Source of the DNA: Tubiluchus corallicola
Taxonomy: Eukaryota > Animalia > Priapulida
Direction of reading: 5' to 3'
Assembly: GCA_030141605.1 (NCBI GenBank)
Contig: JAQGDQ010002227.1
Span: forward strand, 1 to 7,606
Length of the DNA stretch: 7,606 nt
The notes beneath the pieces were generated by a model, which saw nothing but the letters and a program-made list of their open reading frames with translations, did no database searches and was not told where the DNA came from. This document shows, one piece after another, positions 7,385-7,606 of this stretch (position 1 is the stretch's first letter; each line of letters opens with the position of its first letter). The translations under genes were made by a program, and so were the position numbers.

Positions 7385-7451
7385 AGTTGGTATAGAAGGA
7401 CTTTAGGGCTTCCTCTTTGGCTGGCCAAACCAGCTCAACTACTAATCTAAT
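7385..7451 (-). pseudogene. ABCA1-like: Preceding exon of the same ABCA-like gene (TM1 exon), internally deleted, with a mutated donor
   Basis: Branch point CTAAC (7478-7474) and polypyrimidine acceptor TTTTCGTTTTTTTGTAG|. Reads IRLVVELVWPAKEEALKSFYTN+T, compared with ABCA4 [32 protein letters not shown] (recalled). The terminal T plus GT from the next exon gives TGT, the conserved Cys. Followed by GAGAGT rather than GTGAGT. 67 bp. Confidence 0.82.
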
Positions 7452-7606
7452 CTACAAAAAAACGAAAAATTTAGTTAGAAGTCATTCGCTACCTTACTTG
7501 AGTAAATAGATAATTGATACCTAACATATTATATACATGAAAATCAGAAAATCCATCAGATATTTGCGTTTTGAAATATTGTGAACTACTTTAGGTTTGC
7601 TGAGAC

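Noticed and set aside
6836-7406. ORFs 6836-7027, 6950-7240 and 7182-7406
   Set aside because: Intronic or antisense AT-rich frames with no similarity to ABCA or any family I recognise.
7480-7606. Possible first coding ABCA exon ending at GTAAGG (~7496)
   Set aside because: No frame contains the expected QLxLLLWKN motif; that exon presumably lies outside the window.

Overview
AT-rich animal (probably invertebrate) nuclear DNA; no prokaryotic features. The right end holds two minus-strand exons (7385-7451, 6216-6352) of an ABCA1/ABCA4/ABCA7-like ABC transporter gene that the ORF track misses. Both are damaged (in-frame loss of the first TM helix, GT>GA donor, 2-nt frameshift), so this looks like an unprocessed pseudogene or null allele. 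Downstream of the second exon, in the presumed next intron, lie a Helentron/HINE-like non-autonomous repeat with decayed ~146/292-bp internal periodicity (~5470-6204) and a ~5.2-kb decayed CR1-group (L2/Crack/Daphne-like) non-LTR retrotransposon, also on the minus strand. The LINE ORF1 (coiled coil + L1-type RRM + CTD) is split by a 280-bp hAT-type MITE with 13-bp TIRs and an 8-bp TSD. A ~1.9-kb spacer separates ORF1 from ORF2, and ORF2 lacks both the AP endonuclease domain and the catalytic core of the RT. All family assignments come from manual translation and recalled motifs, not database searches. I see no convincing novel system; the best leads are the doubly deleted LINE and the dead ABCA copy.
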